Shown: positions 1 to 11,811 of the stretch, in pieces
Position numbering within the stretch: position 1 is the first letter of the stretch
Layout: each line of letters opens with the position of its first letter
Source of the DNA: an uncultured Bacillaceae bacterium
GTDB lineage: Bacteria > Bacillota > Bacilli > Bacillales > Alkalibacillaceae
Direction of reading: 5' to 3'
Assembly (NCBI GenBank): GCA_937983065.1
Contig: CALKAL010000049.1
Coordinates: 4,961-68,960 of the forward strand
DNA: 64,000 nucleotides
Made by a program: the position numbers and the translations under genes
Notes under the pieces: generated by a model
Database searches by the model: none
The model's input: only the letters and a program-made list of their open reading frames with translations
What the model was told of the DNA's origin: nothing

Positions 1-13
1 TCACTGCGCGCAT
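1..13 (-). CDS. dtd: 5' fragment of D-aminoacyl-tRNA deacylase (runs off window)
   Basis: AGGAG RBS then ATG CGC GCA GTG (MRAV) directly after rel stop; rel-dtd synteny. Confidence 0.6.
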
Positions 14-25
14 AAGTCATTCTCC

Positions 26-2227
26 TTAATGTATCGTTCTTTGGACAGCAAAAACGTCCTTAACTTGTTTAACTCGGTCGACAATTCGTTGCAAATGATC
101 GACGTTATGAATCAGAATAGTAATGTTTACGGTAGCTATTTTGTTACGACTCGTTTTACCTGTGACGGCGGTAATATGCGTGTTCGTATCATTTATTTTT
201 TGTAAAATATCATTTAATAAACCGTTGCGATCAAAGCCAGAAATTTCTAAGTCAACACTGTAGCTTTTATGTTCTTCATAATGAACATCCCACTCAACAT
301 CAATTAATCGGTCCTCTTCACCAGCGCTTACGTTTGGACAATCAGTGCGATGGACGGAAACACCACGACCTCGTGTAATAAAGCCAACAATGTCATCGCC
401 AGGTATTGGATTACAGCATTTAGATAATCGAACTAATAAATTATCTACACCTTTAACGGTTACCCCAGGACCTGATGTTCTTCTTTTTTGGCTCGGTAAA
501 TCTTGTTGAACACCTTTCAGTGCTTCTTCTAAATTATTTTTCTTCTCCTCAATTCGAACTTTTTCTGTCAACCGGTTAGCTACTTGTTGTGCTGTTATGC
601 CTTGGTAGCCAACTGCGGCGTATAAATCATCTTCATTTTTAAAAGAAAAGCGATCTAAGGCAATTTGAATATTTTCTTCTGTCAATATATCTTTTGGGAT
701 AAGGCCTAAATTTTTAATCTCTTTTTCTACTTGTTCTTTACCCCGTTGAACATTTTCATCTCTTCGTTGTTTCTTAAAAAACTGTTTAATTTTATTTTTC
801 GCTTGCGACGTTTGTGTTATTTTTAACCAATCTTCTGAAGGTCCATAAGAATGCTTCGACGTCATAATCTCTATAATATCGCCTGTTTTTAATTTATAAT
901 CGAGGGGCTCAATTTTTCCGTTAATTTTTGCTCCAACAGTACGGTTACCGACCTCCGTATGAATCCGATAAGCGAAATCTAATGGGACTGAACCACTCGG
1001 CAACTCAATGACGTCTCCTTTTGGGGTAAACACATAAACCATATCTGAGAAGAAATCAATTTTTAACGTTTCCATAAATTCTTCAGCATCGGTCGCTTCG
1101 TTTTGCCATTCTAAAATCTCTCTAAACCAAGCGAGCTGCCGTGACATATCTTCTTGATTTTTATCATGTTTGCCTTCTTTATAAGCCCAATGCGCAGCAA
1201 TTCCGTACTCAGCAATATCATGCATTTCCTGTGTACGAATTTGCACTTCTAATGGTTCGCCTTGTGGGCCAATAACTGTCGTATGGAGTGACTGATAAAG
1301 GTTCGGTTTAGGCATCGCGATATAATCTTTGAATCGGCCAGGCATCGGCTTCCAGCACGTATGAATAATCCCTAAAACCGCATAACATTCTTTAATACTT
1401 TTAACAATCACCCGAACGGCTAATAAGTCGTAAATTTCATTAAAATCCTTCTTTTGATGAACCATTTTCCGATAAATACTATAAATATGTTTTGGACGCC
1501 CAGAAATATCTGCGACCATATCGACTTCTTTTAATTGATTTTGAATTTCGTCAATCGCCTGCTCTATAAACTGTTCCCGATTTTCCCGTTTCTGTCTCAT
1601 TAACTGGGCAATCCGATAATATTGCTGAGGTTTTAAATATCGTAAGGCTGTATCTTCTAGTTCCCATTTGATTGTTGAAATCCCTAAACGATGAGCTAAT
1701 GGGGCGAAAATTTCTAACGTTTCATTAGCTGTTCGACGCTGCTTCTCTTCAGGCATAAAAGCTAACGTACGCATATTGTGAAGGCGATCAGCTAATTTAA
1801 TTAAAATGACGCGAATATCCTTTGCCATTGCAACGAACATTTTTCGATGGTTTTCTGCCTGTTGCTTTTCTATAGATTTATATTTAATTTTTCCTAATTT
1901 AGTCACACCGTCAACGAGCATCGCAATTTCTTCACTGAAATGATGCATTAAATCGTCATAGGTCACATCTGTATCCTCTAACACATCGTGAAGAAACCCA
2001 CTGGCAATTGTTGCAGGGTCCATTTCTAATTCAATTAAAATGCTCGCTACTTGAACAGGATGCGTAATATATTCTTCACCTGATTTTCTAATTTGACCTT
2101 TATGGGCATCTTTAGCAAATTGATAGGCCCTTTTTAATAAGGCAACATGTTGGTCATTTAAGTAACGACTCGCATCTTTTAAAACTTCTTCGATTGTTTT
2201 TGACTTGTTTTTCGCCATTATGATCAC
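26..2227 (-). CDS. relA: bifunctional (p)ppGpp synthetase/hydrolase Rel (start may be 2218)
   Basis: HD hydrolase (LHDVLED), synthetase (GRFKDYIAMPKPNLYQSLHT), TGS, ZFD (KCCNPIPGD) and ACT regions. Confidence 0.98.
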   Translation of the reverse strand: MIIMAKNKSKTIEEVLKDASRYLNDQHVALLKRAYQFAKDAHKGQIRKSGEEYITHPVQVASILIELEMDPATIASGFLHDVLEDTDVTYDDLMHHFSEEIAMLVDGVTKLGKIKYKSIEKQQAENHRKMFVAMAKDIRVILIKLADRLHNMRTLAFMPEEKQRRTANETLEIFAPLAHRLGISTIKWELEDTALRYLKPQQYYRIAQLMRQKRENREQFIEQAIDEIQNQLKEVDMVADISGRPKHIYSIYRKMVHQKKDFNEIYDLLAVRVIVKSIKECYAVLGIIHTCWKPMPGRFKDYIAMPKPNLYQSLHTTVIGPQGEPLEVQIRTQEMHDIAEYGIAAHWAYKEGKHDKNQEDMSRQLAWFREILEWQNEATDAEEFMETLKIDFFSDMVYVFTPKGDVIELPSGSVPLDFAYRIHTEVGNRTVGAKINGKIEPLDYKLKTGDIIEIMTSKHSYGPSEDWLKITQTSQAKNKIKQFFKKQRRDENVQRGKEQVEKEIKNLGLIPKDILTEENIQIALDRFSFKNEDDLYAAVGYQGITAQQVANRLTEKVRIEEKKNNLEEALKGVQQDLPSQKRRTSGPGVTVKGVDNLLVRLSKCCNPIPGDDIVGFITRGRGVSVHRTDCPNVSAGEEDRLIDVEWDVHYEEHKSYSVDLEISGFDRNGLLNDILQKINDTNTHITAVTGKTSRNKIATVNITILIHNVDHLQRIVDRVKQVKDVFAVQRTIH

Positions 2228-2332
2228 CTTAAAAAGATACTTTCTGTCATGTACATATATATGTAAAACGGGTTATAACCATTCAATGACAATAGTATGT
2301 ATTAGATTAATTATAACAATTTTCGACTTTAT

Positions 2333-2373
2333 GACAATATAGCTGACTCAAAAGAAGAGTCAGCTATATTGTC
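2333..2373 (-). terminator. 17-bp perfect inverted repeat after apt, probable terminator
   Basis: GACAATATAGCTGACTC / GAGTCAGCTATATTGTC with 7-nt loop; U-tract is weak. Confidence 0.6.
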
Positions 2374-2399
2374 TAATCACCATTTATTTCATTTATTTT

Positions 2400-2912
2400 T
2401 TAAAATTCCATTAAAGTAAATACGTCATAGCCTTTTAATTTATCTTTCCCATTCAAGTAAGTTAGTTCAATAAGGAATGCACAACCTACTACAATTCCAC
2501 CAAGCTGCTCGACTAACTTAATCGTCGCTTCAATTGTCCCGCCAGTAGCTAATAAATCGTCTGTAACTAGCACTCTTTGACCAGGTTTTATCGCATCTTT
2601 ATGAATTGTAAGGATATCTTTTCCATACTCAAGACCATAGTCAACCTTTATAACTTCCCGTGGTAATTTACCTTCTTTTCGAACGGGAGCAAAGCCGATT
2701 TCTAAGGCGTAGGATACTGGACAACCGACGATAAATCCTCGCGCTTCAGGTCCGACGATAATATCGACTTCCTTCTCTTTAGCAAAGTCAACTATTTCAT
2801 CAATGGCAGATTTAAATGCTTTTCCATTGTCCATTAACGTCGTAATATCCTTAAATGTAATCCCTTCATGTGGCCAATCTTCGACTATCGTTACATATTT
2901 CTTATAATCCAT
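2400..2912 (-). CDS. apt: adenine phosphoribosyltransferase
   Basis: GPEARGF, PRPP motif DDLLATGGT; synteny. Confidence 0.98.
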   Translation of the reverse strand: MDYKKYVTIVEDWPHEGITFKDITTLMDNGKAFKSAIDEIVDFAKEKEVDIIVGPEARGFIVGCPVSYALEIGFAPVRKEGKLPREVIKVDYGLEYGKDILTIHKDAIKPGQRVLVTDDLLATGGTIEATIKLVEQLGGIVVGCAFLIELTYLNGKDKLKGYDVFTLMEF

Positions 2913-5223
2913 GGACTACTTCCCCTTTCAGCTTTGGCACATCGATATGGGTCAACATCCATTCTTTTAATTGCCCATAACTTGAGTAGTATAACGTCTT
3001 TTCAACTTGTACAGCATTCATCTTTTGTTTGTACGTTTTTGATGTCGATAATGACTGCTGTTTCACATTTTTTTGAAAAACAATTTGACCATTTTTAATT
3101 GTAACAAACTTTAAATCTAAAAACACGTTTAGCATAAAATTTAATTGATCAATTGTCCATCTTTTCGCATCTGCTAGCATTTTCTTATCTCTTTCATTTA
3201 TGATCTTATGCTTTGCTAACGTTTTATAAAGGTTGATAAATTCATCTCTCGTTGGCAATTTATCAAAATAATGATCATCTTCCGTTTGAAAGCAGACATA
3301 TATGCTATTAAATCGTTTCATCGACAATAAATTAGATAAATCCTCTAGTTGATTAGGTAAATCAAATAAGACGAGATGATGATAGTCTTCTAAAATATTT
3401 GCAGTCACATCACTAAAGTTAATGACAGGTATTTGCCATTCACTAAAGTCATTTTGTCCATTAAAACCGACGATGATTGTTTGCTCTTTAACGATTAAGT
3501 CTTTTAAATGTTGCTTATTTTTAACGCCACGATAGTCAAAAATTTGTACTTCATCAGAGGATAAATCCTTTAAAATCATCTGTACTTTTTTTCTTCCATT
3601 CCACTCATTAATTTCAATTTCTCCAACTAGATGAGCGTTTGATCTTAAGGCAAGCTGTTTTGCAATGTCACCAAAATGAAAACCAACAATATCAAATTGA
3701 ACATCCTCTTTTAGTCCGACCATTTTAATGTGATTCTTTTTCGCACCGATTTGTCGGATTTCTTGAATCGTTACATCACTCAATTTAAAAATGGGTTTCG
3801 GATTTCCCATTCCAAATGGGGCAAGTAGATTAATTTGCTCTGGTAAATTCAAATCTAAATCTAATATATCTAAATCTAATTCCACTTCAATTTTCGGTAC
3901 AAAATCTTCTTCAGTTAATGTTTCTTTCGCTCGTTTGTTAAAAGCATCTCTTAATTCGGTTATGCTATGACTACTAACCGTCATCCCACAGGCTTGCTCA
4001 TGTCCGCCAAATTGTAAAAATAAATCCTTTAATGCCATCCCGTGTTTAAATAAATCAAAACTAGGAATACTTCGTCCACTTCCTTTTGCTTCTTTTGTTT
4101 CAGAATTAATTGAAAGCATGAATGTTGGTCGATTGTATTTATTAACAATTCGGGAGGCAACAATTCCTAATACGCCAGGGTGCCAATTTTCTTTAGCTAA
4201 GACGAAAAAGGAATCACCTTTATAATATGCTTCGATTTCTTTAAATGCTTCCTCAGCAATTGTAGTGACTAGATTTTGCCTTTCTTCATTTAAGCGTTCG
4301 ATTTCTTCGGCATAACTAAAAGCAATTTCTTCATCATTTTCTAATAATAAATCAACAGCAAGAGATGCATCTTGAAGTCTACCTACTGCATTTAGCCTCG
4401 GACCAAATACGAAGCCAATTGTCTCTTCTGTTACATAATCAGCCTTTGCTATTTGTTTAATGGCCGTTATCCCTTTAGATTGCGATTGATTCAATTGTTC
4501 GATTCCTTTTTTTACGAGAATACGATTTTCATCAACTAACGGAACTAAATCGGCCACTGTTCCAATCGCGACGAGTTCGAGAAGTTCTTCTTTAATATCA
4601 CCTAATAATGCTTGGGCGAGCTTGAAGGCAACTCCGACACCTGCCAGCTGTTTAAAGGGGTATGCATCAGCTAACAACGGGTGAATGATTGCATAAGCAT
4701 CTGGGATTTGTTCTTGAACCTCATGATGGTCTGTAATAATTAAATCAACTTGTCGTTCTTTTAAAAGCTGAGCTTCTTTAATACCTGAAATGCCATTATC
4801 AACGGTAATAATTAAACTAAAATCATTATCACAAGCTTGTAAAAATGTCTCTTCATTCGGACCGTAACCCTCTTCTAATCGATGGGGAATGTAAAAATAA
4901 ACATTTGCGTTTAATTGAGTTAATACATTCATTAAAAGTGCCGTTGAAGTGACACCATCCGCATCATAATCACCGTAAATTAATATTTTTTCATTATGTT
5001 TAATCGCTTCTTTAATTCTATGTACCGCCTTTTCCATGTCTGGGAATAAAAAAGGATCATGCAAATCATCTAGTGTTGGATATAAAAATTGCTTTGCTTC
5101 TTCTGTCGTATTTATCCCTCTTTTATGGAGCATACGTTTAATTGTGCTCGAAATAGGCAAATCAATTGTTTCATTCTGCTCATCATTCTGTTCAACTAAC
5201 CATTTATGTTTGCTTTTTAACAT
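2902..5223 (-). CDS. recJ: ssDNA exonuclease RecJ
   Basis: DHH family motifs [26 protein letters not shown]. Confidence 0.97.
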   Translation of the reverse strand: MLKSKHKWLVEQNDEQNETIDLPISSTIKRMLHKRGINTTEEAKQFLYPTLDDLHDPFLFPDMEKAVHRIKEAIKHNEKILIYGDYDADGVTSTALLMNVLTQLNANVYFYIPHRLEEGYGPNEETFLQACDNDFSLIITVDNGISGIKEAQLLKERQVDLIITDHHEVQEQIPDAYAIIHPLLADAYPFKQLAGVGVAFKLAQALLGDIKEELLELVAIGTVADLVPLVDENRILVKKGIEQLNQSQSKGITAIKQIAKADYVTEETIGFVFGPRLNAVGRLQDASLAVDLLLENDEEIAFSYAEEIERLNEERQNLVTTIAEEAFKEIEAYYKGDSFFVLAKENWHPGVLGIVASRIVNKYNRPTFMLSINSETKEAKGSGRSIPSFDLFKHGMALKDLFLQFGGHEQACGMTVSSHSITELRDAFNKRAKETLTEEDFVPKIEVELDLDILDLDLNLPEQINLLAPFGMGNPKPIFKLSDVTIQEIRQIGAKKNHIKMVGLKEDVQFDIVGFHFGDIAKQLALRSNAHLVGEIEINEWNGRKKVQMILKDLSSDEVQIFDYRGVKNKQHLKDLIVKEQTIIVGFNGQNDFSEWQIPVINFSDVTANILEDYHHLVLFDLPNQLEDLSNLLSMKRFNSIYVCFQTEDDHYFDKLPTRDEFINLYKTLAKHKIINERDKKMLADAKRWTIDQLNFMLNVFLDLKFVTIKNGQIVFQKNVKQQSLSTSKTYKQKMNAVQVEKTLYYSSYGQLKEWMLTHIDVPKLKGEVVHGL

Positions 5224-5317
5224 GATTTCACTCCTGACGAACCCATTATACTAGAAATAGAGGAATATTGATGTTTCTAACTATAATAATTAACGAGATT
5301 TTTTAAAAAACACATGT

Positions 5318-5361
5318 AAACGACCCTAAAAATGATTTGCATTTATTTTTAGGGTCGTTTT
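5318..5361 (-). terminator. intrinsic terminator after secDF
   Basis: AAACGACCCTAAAAAT / ATTTTTAGGGTCGTTT inverted repeat. Confidence 0.7.
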
Positions 5362-5396
5362 ATTTAAAGCTTATACACGTAAAAAATTGCGCAATA

Positions 5397-7700
5397 TTAC
5401 ACTTGAGGACCGCCAGTTTTTTTCTTTTGACGGTTTTCAATCGGATTTTTTTCAATCGTTTTACCGCGCCATACTAACCAAAGCTGAGATGCGATAAATA
5501 AAGATGCGTAAGCCCCTGCAATTAAACCGACAATTAATGCGAGGGAGAAGTACGTAATCGCTTGAGCGCCCAATAAAAAGAGCATGAGTGCAGCGAAAAT
5601 GACTGTAACCACTGTATTAAAGCTTCGGCCTAATGTTTGCATTAAACTTCTATTAACTACTTCAGCTAAATGGTCAAAGGTTTTCACTCGTTTTTCAAGC
5701 TGCAGATTTTCCCTTATTCGGTCAAAGGTTACGATAATATCGTTGATGGCATAACCGACAACGGTTAATATCGCGGCAATAATCGTAATATCAAATTCAA
5801 ATTGAAAAATACTAAACAATGCTAAAATGTTGAAAGCCCCAAACATTAACGAGATTATCGCTGTTAAAGCATAAATATGTTCGAATCGAAAGGCGATATA
5901 AATTCCAATACCGATTGCAGCAAATAAAACAGCATATAACGCATTTCGGGCAATTTCTTGTCCAACTTTCGGCGATACTGTGCTTACACTCGGTTGATAG
6001 CCGTACAACTGTTCAAAGTGATTATTCACTAAAGCAACTTGCTCTTGGTTAAGCACAGAATCAAAACGGACCATACTATGTTCATTTTGATCCCCTGCTA
6101 AAACGACTTGTTCCGGCTCTAGTCCGAGACTTTCAAATTCTTGAATCATTTCCTCTTGCGTTAATCCACCATCTGAAACCACTTGAACGCGAGAACCACT
6201 TACGAAATCAATCCCTAAATTCAAGCCTCTTATCGTTAAAAATCCGACACCGATAATCACGATGGCAATCGATATAACAAAAAACTTTTTCCGATGTCTT
6301 ACAAAATCAAATTGTTTTCCGAAAAAGTGTGGTTCAACGGTTTCACCTTTAGAAATATCTTTAATTTCTTTCGGATTAACACCAAACCATCTCGGTTTTT
6401 TATTTAAAGCTTTACTTTTCACCCATAAACTAAGAAGTAGTCGGGAACCGTAAACAGCGGTTATAAAGCTTAATAGTATACTAATAATTAACATCGTTGC
6501 GAACCCTTTAACCGAGCTCGTTCCGAAGTAAAATAGGACGATAGCAGCAATAAGTGTCGTAATATTCGCATCTAAAATTGTAACGAAGGATCGTTTATTT
6601 CCAGCTTTAAAAGCTGACATTAACGTTTTTCCAGCTTTTAATTCTTCCTTCAATCGTTCGTATGTCAAAATATTTGCATCAACCGCCATACCAACCCCGA
6701 GGACGAGAGCGGCAATTCCAGGTAACGTCAATACTCCATTTAATGCACCAAATACGACTAGAACGAGGTAAATATAAATACTTAATGTAATTGTTGCGAT
6801 AACCCCTGGAAAACGGTAAATAACAATCATATATATAAAGATTAATGCCACACCGATAATACCAGCTATTACCGTTTCATTTAATGCCTGTTCACCAAAT
6901 TGGGCACCGACTGAAATTGAATAAACTTCTTCTAAATTAGCAGGCAGTGACCCTGAGTTTAATAAATCAGCGAGTTGCTTTGCCTCTTGAACGGTGAAAT
7001 CACCTGTAATGACAACATTCGTTCCAGGAATAGGGCCATCACGAATTCCAGGAGCAGAAATAAACTTTGGCTCAGGCTTCAATCGCTCTTCTATATATGA
7101 ATCTCCTTCTTCATAATCAAGCCAAATGACTAATAAATTACTTTCTCCATAGATTTCGTAAAGCTCTTCATCATGTCGTCTTTCATAAACTTCTCTAGTC
7201 ACATCTTCAAAATTTTCGTATTCACTATTCTCAAACGTTCGTTTTACTTGTAAAGAAACAACTGGAGTATTGCTAGTCGGATCAAAATCTTGCCGTGCAC
7301 TTCCTTCAACGAGCTCTGATCCATCGAAATATAGTTTATCATCAACACCGCGGAATTCTAATCGAGCAGTCGTCGATAATAAATCTCTTGCCTCTTCTTG
7401 ATTATGTACGCCAGCAAGCTGAACCCGAATTCGATTACTACCTTCAATGTCGATTTGCGGTTCATTGACACCTAAAATATCAATTCGTTTATACAAGCTT
7501 TGAACGACCGCATCTAACATTCGATCATTCACATCTTGTCCCTCATTAATCGGCTCAATCTCATAAAGGAGCTCAAATCCACCTTGAAGGTCTAACCCTA
7601 AATTAATATTGTTTGCTGCGGAATTCGTCGTTGCCCCAATTAACCCACCGAGCGCTAACACGATGAGAAAGAACGTTATAATTCTTCCTTTTCTGTTCAT
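5397..7700 (-). CDS. secDF: fused protein translocase subunit SecDF
   Basis: LGLDLQGG, GMAVDANIL.ER, GIDF..G, GYAINDIIVTFDRIREN motifs. Confidence 0.97.
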   Translation of the reverse strand: MNRKGRIITFFLIVLALGGLIGATTNSAANNINLGLDLQGGFELLYEIEPINEGQDVNDRMLDAVVQSLYKRIDILGVNEPQIDIEGSNRIRVQLAGVHNQEEARDLLSTTARLEFRGVDDKLYFDGSELVEGSARQDFDPTSNTPVVSLQVKRTFENSEYENFEDVTREVYERRHDEELYEIYGESNLLVIWLDYEEGDSYIEERLKPEPKFISAPGIRDGPIPGTNVVITGDFTVQEAKQLADLLNSGSLPANLEEVYSISVGAQFGEQALNETVIAGIIGVALIFIYMIVIYRFPGVIATITLSIYIYLVLVVFGALNGVLTLPGIAALVLGVGMAVDANILTYERLKEELKAGKTLMSAFKAGNKRSFVTILDANITTLIAAIVLFYFGTSSVKGFATMLIISILLSFITAVYGSRLLLSLWVKSKALNKKPRWFGVNPKEIKDISKGETVEPHFFGKQFDFVRHRKKFFVISIAIVIIGVGFLTIRGLNLGIDFVSGSRVQVVSDGGLTQEEMIQEFESLGLEPEQVVLAGDQNEHSMVRFDSVLNQEQVALVNNHFEQLYGYQPSVSTVSPKVGQEIARNALYAVLFAAIGIGIYIAFRFEHIYALTAIISLMFGAFNILALFSIFQFEFDITIIAAILTVVGYAINDIIVTFDRIRENLQLEKRVKTFDHLAEVVNRSLMQTLGRSFNTVVTVIFAALMLFLLGAQAITYFSLALIVGLIAGAYASLFIASQLWLVWRGKTIEKNPIENRQKKKTGGPQV

Positions 7701-7741
7701 ATACTTCTAATCCCCCTTGATCCTTCCTGGCACATATAAGT

Positions 7742-8044
7742 TTAATGACGTTCTTCCCATTGTTTTAACGCTTCAATCTGTGCCATTAAATCTTCATTTT
7801 GTTGATGCATTTCAACGGTTAAAAAGCTCATATATTGATTGCCTGATAAGTGTAATATATCTTGTACAACTTCATGAAGGCGTTTTTCATTGTTTTTCCG
7901 CCATACTTTTTGAAGTAAACATTGCCAAACTTCTTCACTATTTGCTTTCTCATAACCTAATAATCGCAATTCTTCAACTTTACTATCAAGCACGTGCTGA
8001 ATCACAGATCTCCAGTCATTTACGTTTCGGATGTTAGCTTCCAA
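7742..8044 (-). CDS. comN: post-transcriptional regulator ComN (YrzD)
   Basis: TTG start after AAGGGGG RBS; SKVEELRLLGY...VWQCL...LHEVVQDIL pattern; lies between spoVB and secDF. Confidence 0.85.
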   Translation of the reverse strand: MEANIRNVNDWRSVIQHVLDSKVEELRLLGYEKANSEEVWQCLLQKVWRKNNEKRLHEVVQDILHLSGNQYMSFLTVEMHQQNEDLMAQIEALKQWEERH

Positions 8045-8155
8045 AATTGATGTCCCCCTTCTAAAGGTAAAAAGCGATGCATGACTCGTACAACTATTAG
8101 CATATAAATTATTGTACCGAATTTTCATCTCTTTGAGAAGGTAGGCATAAAAAAT

Positions 8156-9697
8156 ATGTCAAAACAAACATTTATAAAAGGAGCTCTCATTTTAATTTTT
8201 GCCGGTATGATTAGCCGACTACTCGGGTTTGTCAACCGAATCGTCTTAGCTCGACTACTAGGTGATGAAGGTGTTGGCATTTACATGTTAGCCTTGCCCG
8301 CCTTATTTTTAATGATTACATTATCACAAATCGGCATACCAATTGCCGTTTCAAAATTAGTTTCTGAGGCAAATGTTCAAAAAGATCGAGCACGTGTGAA
8401 AAAAATATTATTTCTTTCTTTTACAATTACCATCTCTTTAAGTTTAATTTTAACTGTAGCGTTTGCTTTTTTAACACCGTTTATAGCGAATCATCTATTA
8501 ATTGATGATCGGACGTTTATACCGATGTTAATGATTAGTCCGATCATTCCGATTATTGCTATATCCGCTGTGCTGCGTGGTTATTTCCAAGGGATGCAAA
8601 ATATGAAGCCCCAGGCGATATCGCAAGTCATTGAGCAATTCGTTAGAATATCGCTTGTTTTTATATTAGTTAAACTACTTCTCCCCTATGGAATAGCTTT
8701 TGCTGCAGGTGGAGCGATGCTTGCTGTCGTTATAGGTGAGCTCGTATCTCTCTTATACATTTTTTACTGTTTCAAAAAAGATAAAAATCGTCCGAAAAAC
8801 TTGTTTAGACGTTTTTCGTATTTAAACTTAAGAAAAACATTTTCCGATATTATCCAAATTGCGCTCCCTACTGCAGGCACACGACTAATCGGTTCTGTGA
8901 CCCATTTCTTGGAACCAATTTTAGTATCGCAAAGCTTATTTATTGCAGGATATACGATTTCACAAAGTACGACCCTTTACGGTCAATTAACAGGCTACGT
9001 CATGCCTTTGTTATTACTACCGACATTTATCACTTACTCTTTATCCGTTGCGCTAGTCCCGTCGATTAGTGAGTTTAACGCACTCAATCATCAAGTGTCT
9101 GTTCATTTTAGAATTAGACAAGCGTTACGTTTATCCTTTGCTTCTGGAGGAATTGTGACGGTCATTTTTATATTATACGCCTATCCATTGCTCCATTTCG
9201 TATACAATAATGTAAATGGAGCGAGTTTTTTAACGTTTATGGCACCATTTTTCTTATTGCTTTATTTCCAAGCACCTTTACAAGCTGCGTTACAAGCACT
9301 TGATTTTGCAAAACAGGCAATGTACAACAGTTTAATTGGGTCAATCGTTAAATTATCGACGTTATGGATTTTAGCGACAAAGCCCTCCTTCGGTATTGAC
9401 GGTGTCGTGATTGCTATTCTCGTTGGCATTGTCGTTGTTACTTCGCTTCATTTCGTTACACTTTATAAAATGATAAATTTCAAGCTACCTTTTAGTTTAA
9501 TTTTAAAAATGGTTGGATTAATATTTCTCATTTATCAAGTTGGATATCTCATCAATCAATATATAATCGATGAGTTTACTGTATTTAATTTAGGTGGAAC
9601 AATCATTCTTTTATTCGTCACATATATTCTCGGTCTGTTTTTATTTAAAATCGTTACAAAAGAAGAGTGGACCCAGTTAAAATCCCGGAACTACTAA
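8156..9697 (+). CDS. spoVB: stage V sporulation protein B (MOP flippase)
   Basis: MSKQTFIKGALIL, RGYFQGMQNM, multi-TM; synteny. Confidence 0.95.
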   Translation: MSKQTFIKGALILIFAGMISRLLGFVNRIVLARLLGDEGVGIYMLALPALFLMITLSQIGIPIAVSKLVSEANVQKDRARVKKILFLSFTITISLSLILTVAFAFLTPFIANHLLIDDRTFIPMLMISPIIPIIAISAVLRGYFQGMQNMKPQAISQVIEQFVRISLVFILVKLLLPYGIAFAAGGAMLAVVIGELVSLLYIFYCFKKDKNRPKNLFRRFSYLNLRKTFSDIIQIALPTAGTRLIGSVTHFLEPILVSQSLFIAGYTISQSTTLYGQLTGYVMPLLLLPTFITYSLSVALVPSISEFNALNHQVSVHFRIRQALRLSFASGGIVTVIFILYAYPLLHFVYNNVNGASFLTFMAPFFLLLYFQAPLQAALQALDFAKQAMYNSLIGSIVKLSTLWILATKPSFGIDGVVIAILVGIVVVTSLHFVTLYKMINFKLPFSLILKMVGLIFLIYQVGYLINQYIIDEFTVFNLGGTIILLFVTYILGLFLFKIVTKEEWTQLKSRNY

Positions 9698-10341
9698 TTG
9701 TTTTTTACATCAACGTGAAGGTCGCCATTACTTTTCATTTGGGCTAAAGATACTTTTTGATAATCTTTAACCCCTTTCTCTCTTAACATTGCAATAACAG
9801 CTTCTTCCGTTAAATTCAATTCTTTTAACGTATCATGATGAAATTCACCATCTACAATGAGCGGATCAATGACAGATGGTGGATTTTCCTTTTTCTCAAA
9901 AACTGAAAGCTTGCCATTTGTTTCAAGAACAGCAAGCTGAACTTGGCTTAGCTCTAAAATCCCTTGTTCGCGTAATTGCATAAGTAAATCGTCCATATTA
10001 TATCTTTGTTTATTCATTTCTTTTTCGTCGATATTTCCATTTCGAATAATAATTGATGCTTCTCCTTCAAGTTTATCACGCATGGTATTACTTTTTAATG
10101 AAACCCTTGCCGAAATAATTTGTATGATAACGATGAGACCCATCGGAAAAAGTTGTAAAGCAAAATTTTGATCACGATTTTCAATGGCTAAAATACCGAT
10201 TTCTGCAAGTAAAATATAAACGACTAAGTCCATAATACTTAGTTCCCCGACTTCTCTTTTACGCATAACACGAAAAGCAATAAATATGGCAAAATATATT
10301 CCGACTGTTCTAAGGAAAATCATTATTATTTCTTCTGTCAT
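9694..10341 (-). CDS. DUF421/YetF-domain membrane protein (YrbG-like)
   Basis: KREVGELSIMDLVV, LLMQLREQG, AVLETNGKLSV. Confidence 0.85.
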   Translation of the reverse strand: MTEEIIMIFLRTVGIYFAIFIAFRVMRKREVGELSIMDLVVYILLAEIGILAIENRDQNFALQLFPMGLIVIIQIISARVSLKSNTMRDKLEGEASIIIRNGNIDEKEMNKQRYNMDDLLMQLREQGILELSQVQLAVLETNGKLSVFEKKENPPSVIDPLIVDGEFHHDTLKELNLTEEAVIAMLREKGVKDYQKVSLAQMKSNGDLHVDVKNN

Positions 10342-10423
10342 AATAGCTCACCCTTTATCTCTATTTTGATAATCACCTAATAATTTAACCATCTGGATGA
10401 GCATTATACTTTAACTTTTAACT

Positions 10424-11704
10424 TTAAAAATATCGAATATATATATAGGCAGAGGATATTGCGAGTGATAAAATAACGATGGATATCCCGTATTTCACAT
10501 ATTTTAAAAACGGAATGGGCTCTTTAAATGTACTAGCAAGTCCAGCAACTACGATATTACTAGATGACCCTATTAAAGTAGCATTTCCTCCTAAACATGC
10601 CCCTAATGCTAAAGCCCACCATAAAGGATTAATTGGAGTCATTCCCGCTTCTTGAAATTCAAATACAACTGGAATCATCGCCGCTACAAAAGGTATGTTA
10701 TCAACAAACCCCGATAATATTCCCGAAGACCATAGCATTACTTGGGAAGAGGTGTGAGGATCACCGTCTGTCCAATTAAGAAAAGCTAATGCAATTTGAT
10801 CGATAATACCAACACTATCTAATCCTCCAACAAGAACAAACAAACCAATAAAGAAAAACAATGTCGTCCATTCAGCTTTTTGAAAAACTATCTCCGCTTT
10901 CTCATCGTTTTCCGATAATAATAGCAATAATAATGCAGCAATAATCGAAATGGTTACTAACTCGACATGGAGAATACTTTGAAAAGAAAATGCTAGCATC
11001 GTAAGAATTAAGATTGTTACGGATTGATAAAGAAGTGGAGTTTTAATTAATACTCCCTTTGGATTAATTCGACTAATTTCCTCTTTACTCAACTTTTTAT
11101 GATGAACGAGGGACTTTCTGAATAAAATAATTAACAACCCTAACGTAATTGCTAAAATTATGACTACAATAGGCATTAAATGAATAATAAAAGTTAAAAA
11201 GTTAAACTCTGCAACAGCTTGTCCAATCAAAAGATTCGGTGGGTCACCAATTAATGTAGCTGCTCCTCCGATATTGCAGCTAATAATAACCATGACTAAA
11301 TACGGAAAGGCTGGTAAGTTTAATGGTTTAATGATATTTAATAGGATTGGTACAAATAATAAAACTAACGTAACATTGGATAAAAATGCAGAACCAATGG
11401 CAACCAAAACACCTGTCCAAAAAAGTAAAGGAATTGGTTTTCCTTTTACCTTCTTAATCATCCACATCCCTGAAAATTCAAAGACCCCTGTCCGTTCGGT
11501 AATTGAAATGAGCACCATCATAGAAAATAATAAGCCGATTGTACTCCAATCAACATATGTTGAAAGTGCAAACTCCCAAGAAAATAATCCGAGTATAACC
11601 ATAAGTGATGCACCACAAATTGTTACTAAAGCTCGGTTAATTTTATCTAACAATAAAAATATATAACTGACGACAAAGATAGTAATTGTTAATACAACAT
11701 CCAT
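10424..11704 (-). CDS. ArsB/NhaD (SLC13/IT superfamily) permease
   Basis: NIGGAATLIGDPPN, DNIPFV, GACLGGNATLIGSSSN; highly hydrophobic. Confidence 0.88.
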   Translation of the reverse strand: MDVVLTITIFVVSYIFLLLDKINRALVTICGASLMVILGLFSWEFALSTYVDWSTIGLLFSMMVLISITERTGVFEFSGMWMIKKVKGKPIPLLFWTGVLVAIGSAFLSNVTLVLLFVPILLNIIKPLNLPAFPYLVMVIISCNIGGAATLIGDPPNLLIGQAVAEFNFLTFIIHLMPIVVIILAITLGLLIILFRKSLVHHKKLSKEEISRINPKGVLIKTPLLYQSVTILILTMLAFSFQSILHVELVTISIIAALLLLLLSENDEKAEIVFQKAEWTTLFFFIGLFVLVGGLDSVGIIDQIALAFLNWTDGDPHTSSQVMLWSSGILSGFVDNIPFVAAMIPVVFEFQEAGMTPINPLWWALALGACLGGNATLIGSSSNIVVAGLASTFKEPIPFLKYVKYGISIVILSLAISSAYIYIRYF

Positions 11705-11811
11705 ACATCCTTCTCCTTTTCATAAATTAACCCTCTAAAAATAATTACGTCTTTTATCTATAAGACATGCATATTTTTATACTAAAGAGTCAATGGGGGA
11801 GGATGATGAAA

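Noticed and set aside
9694-9697. Overlapping stop codons of convergent spoVB and yrbG-like genes (also 39755-39758)
   Set aside because: Ordinary compact packing; no evidence of function.
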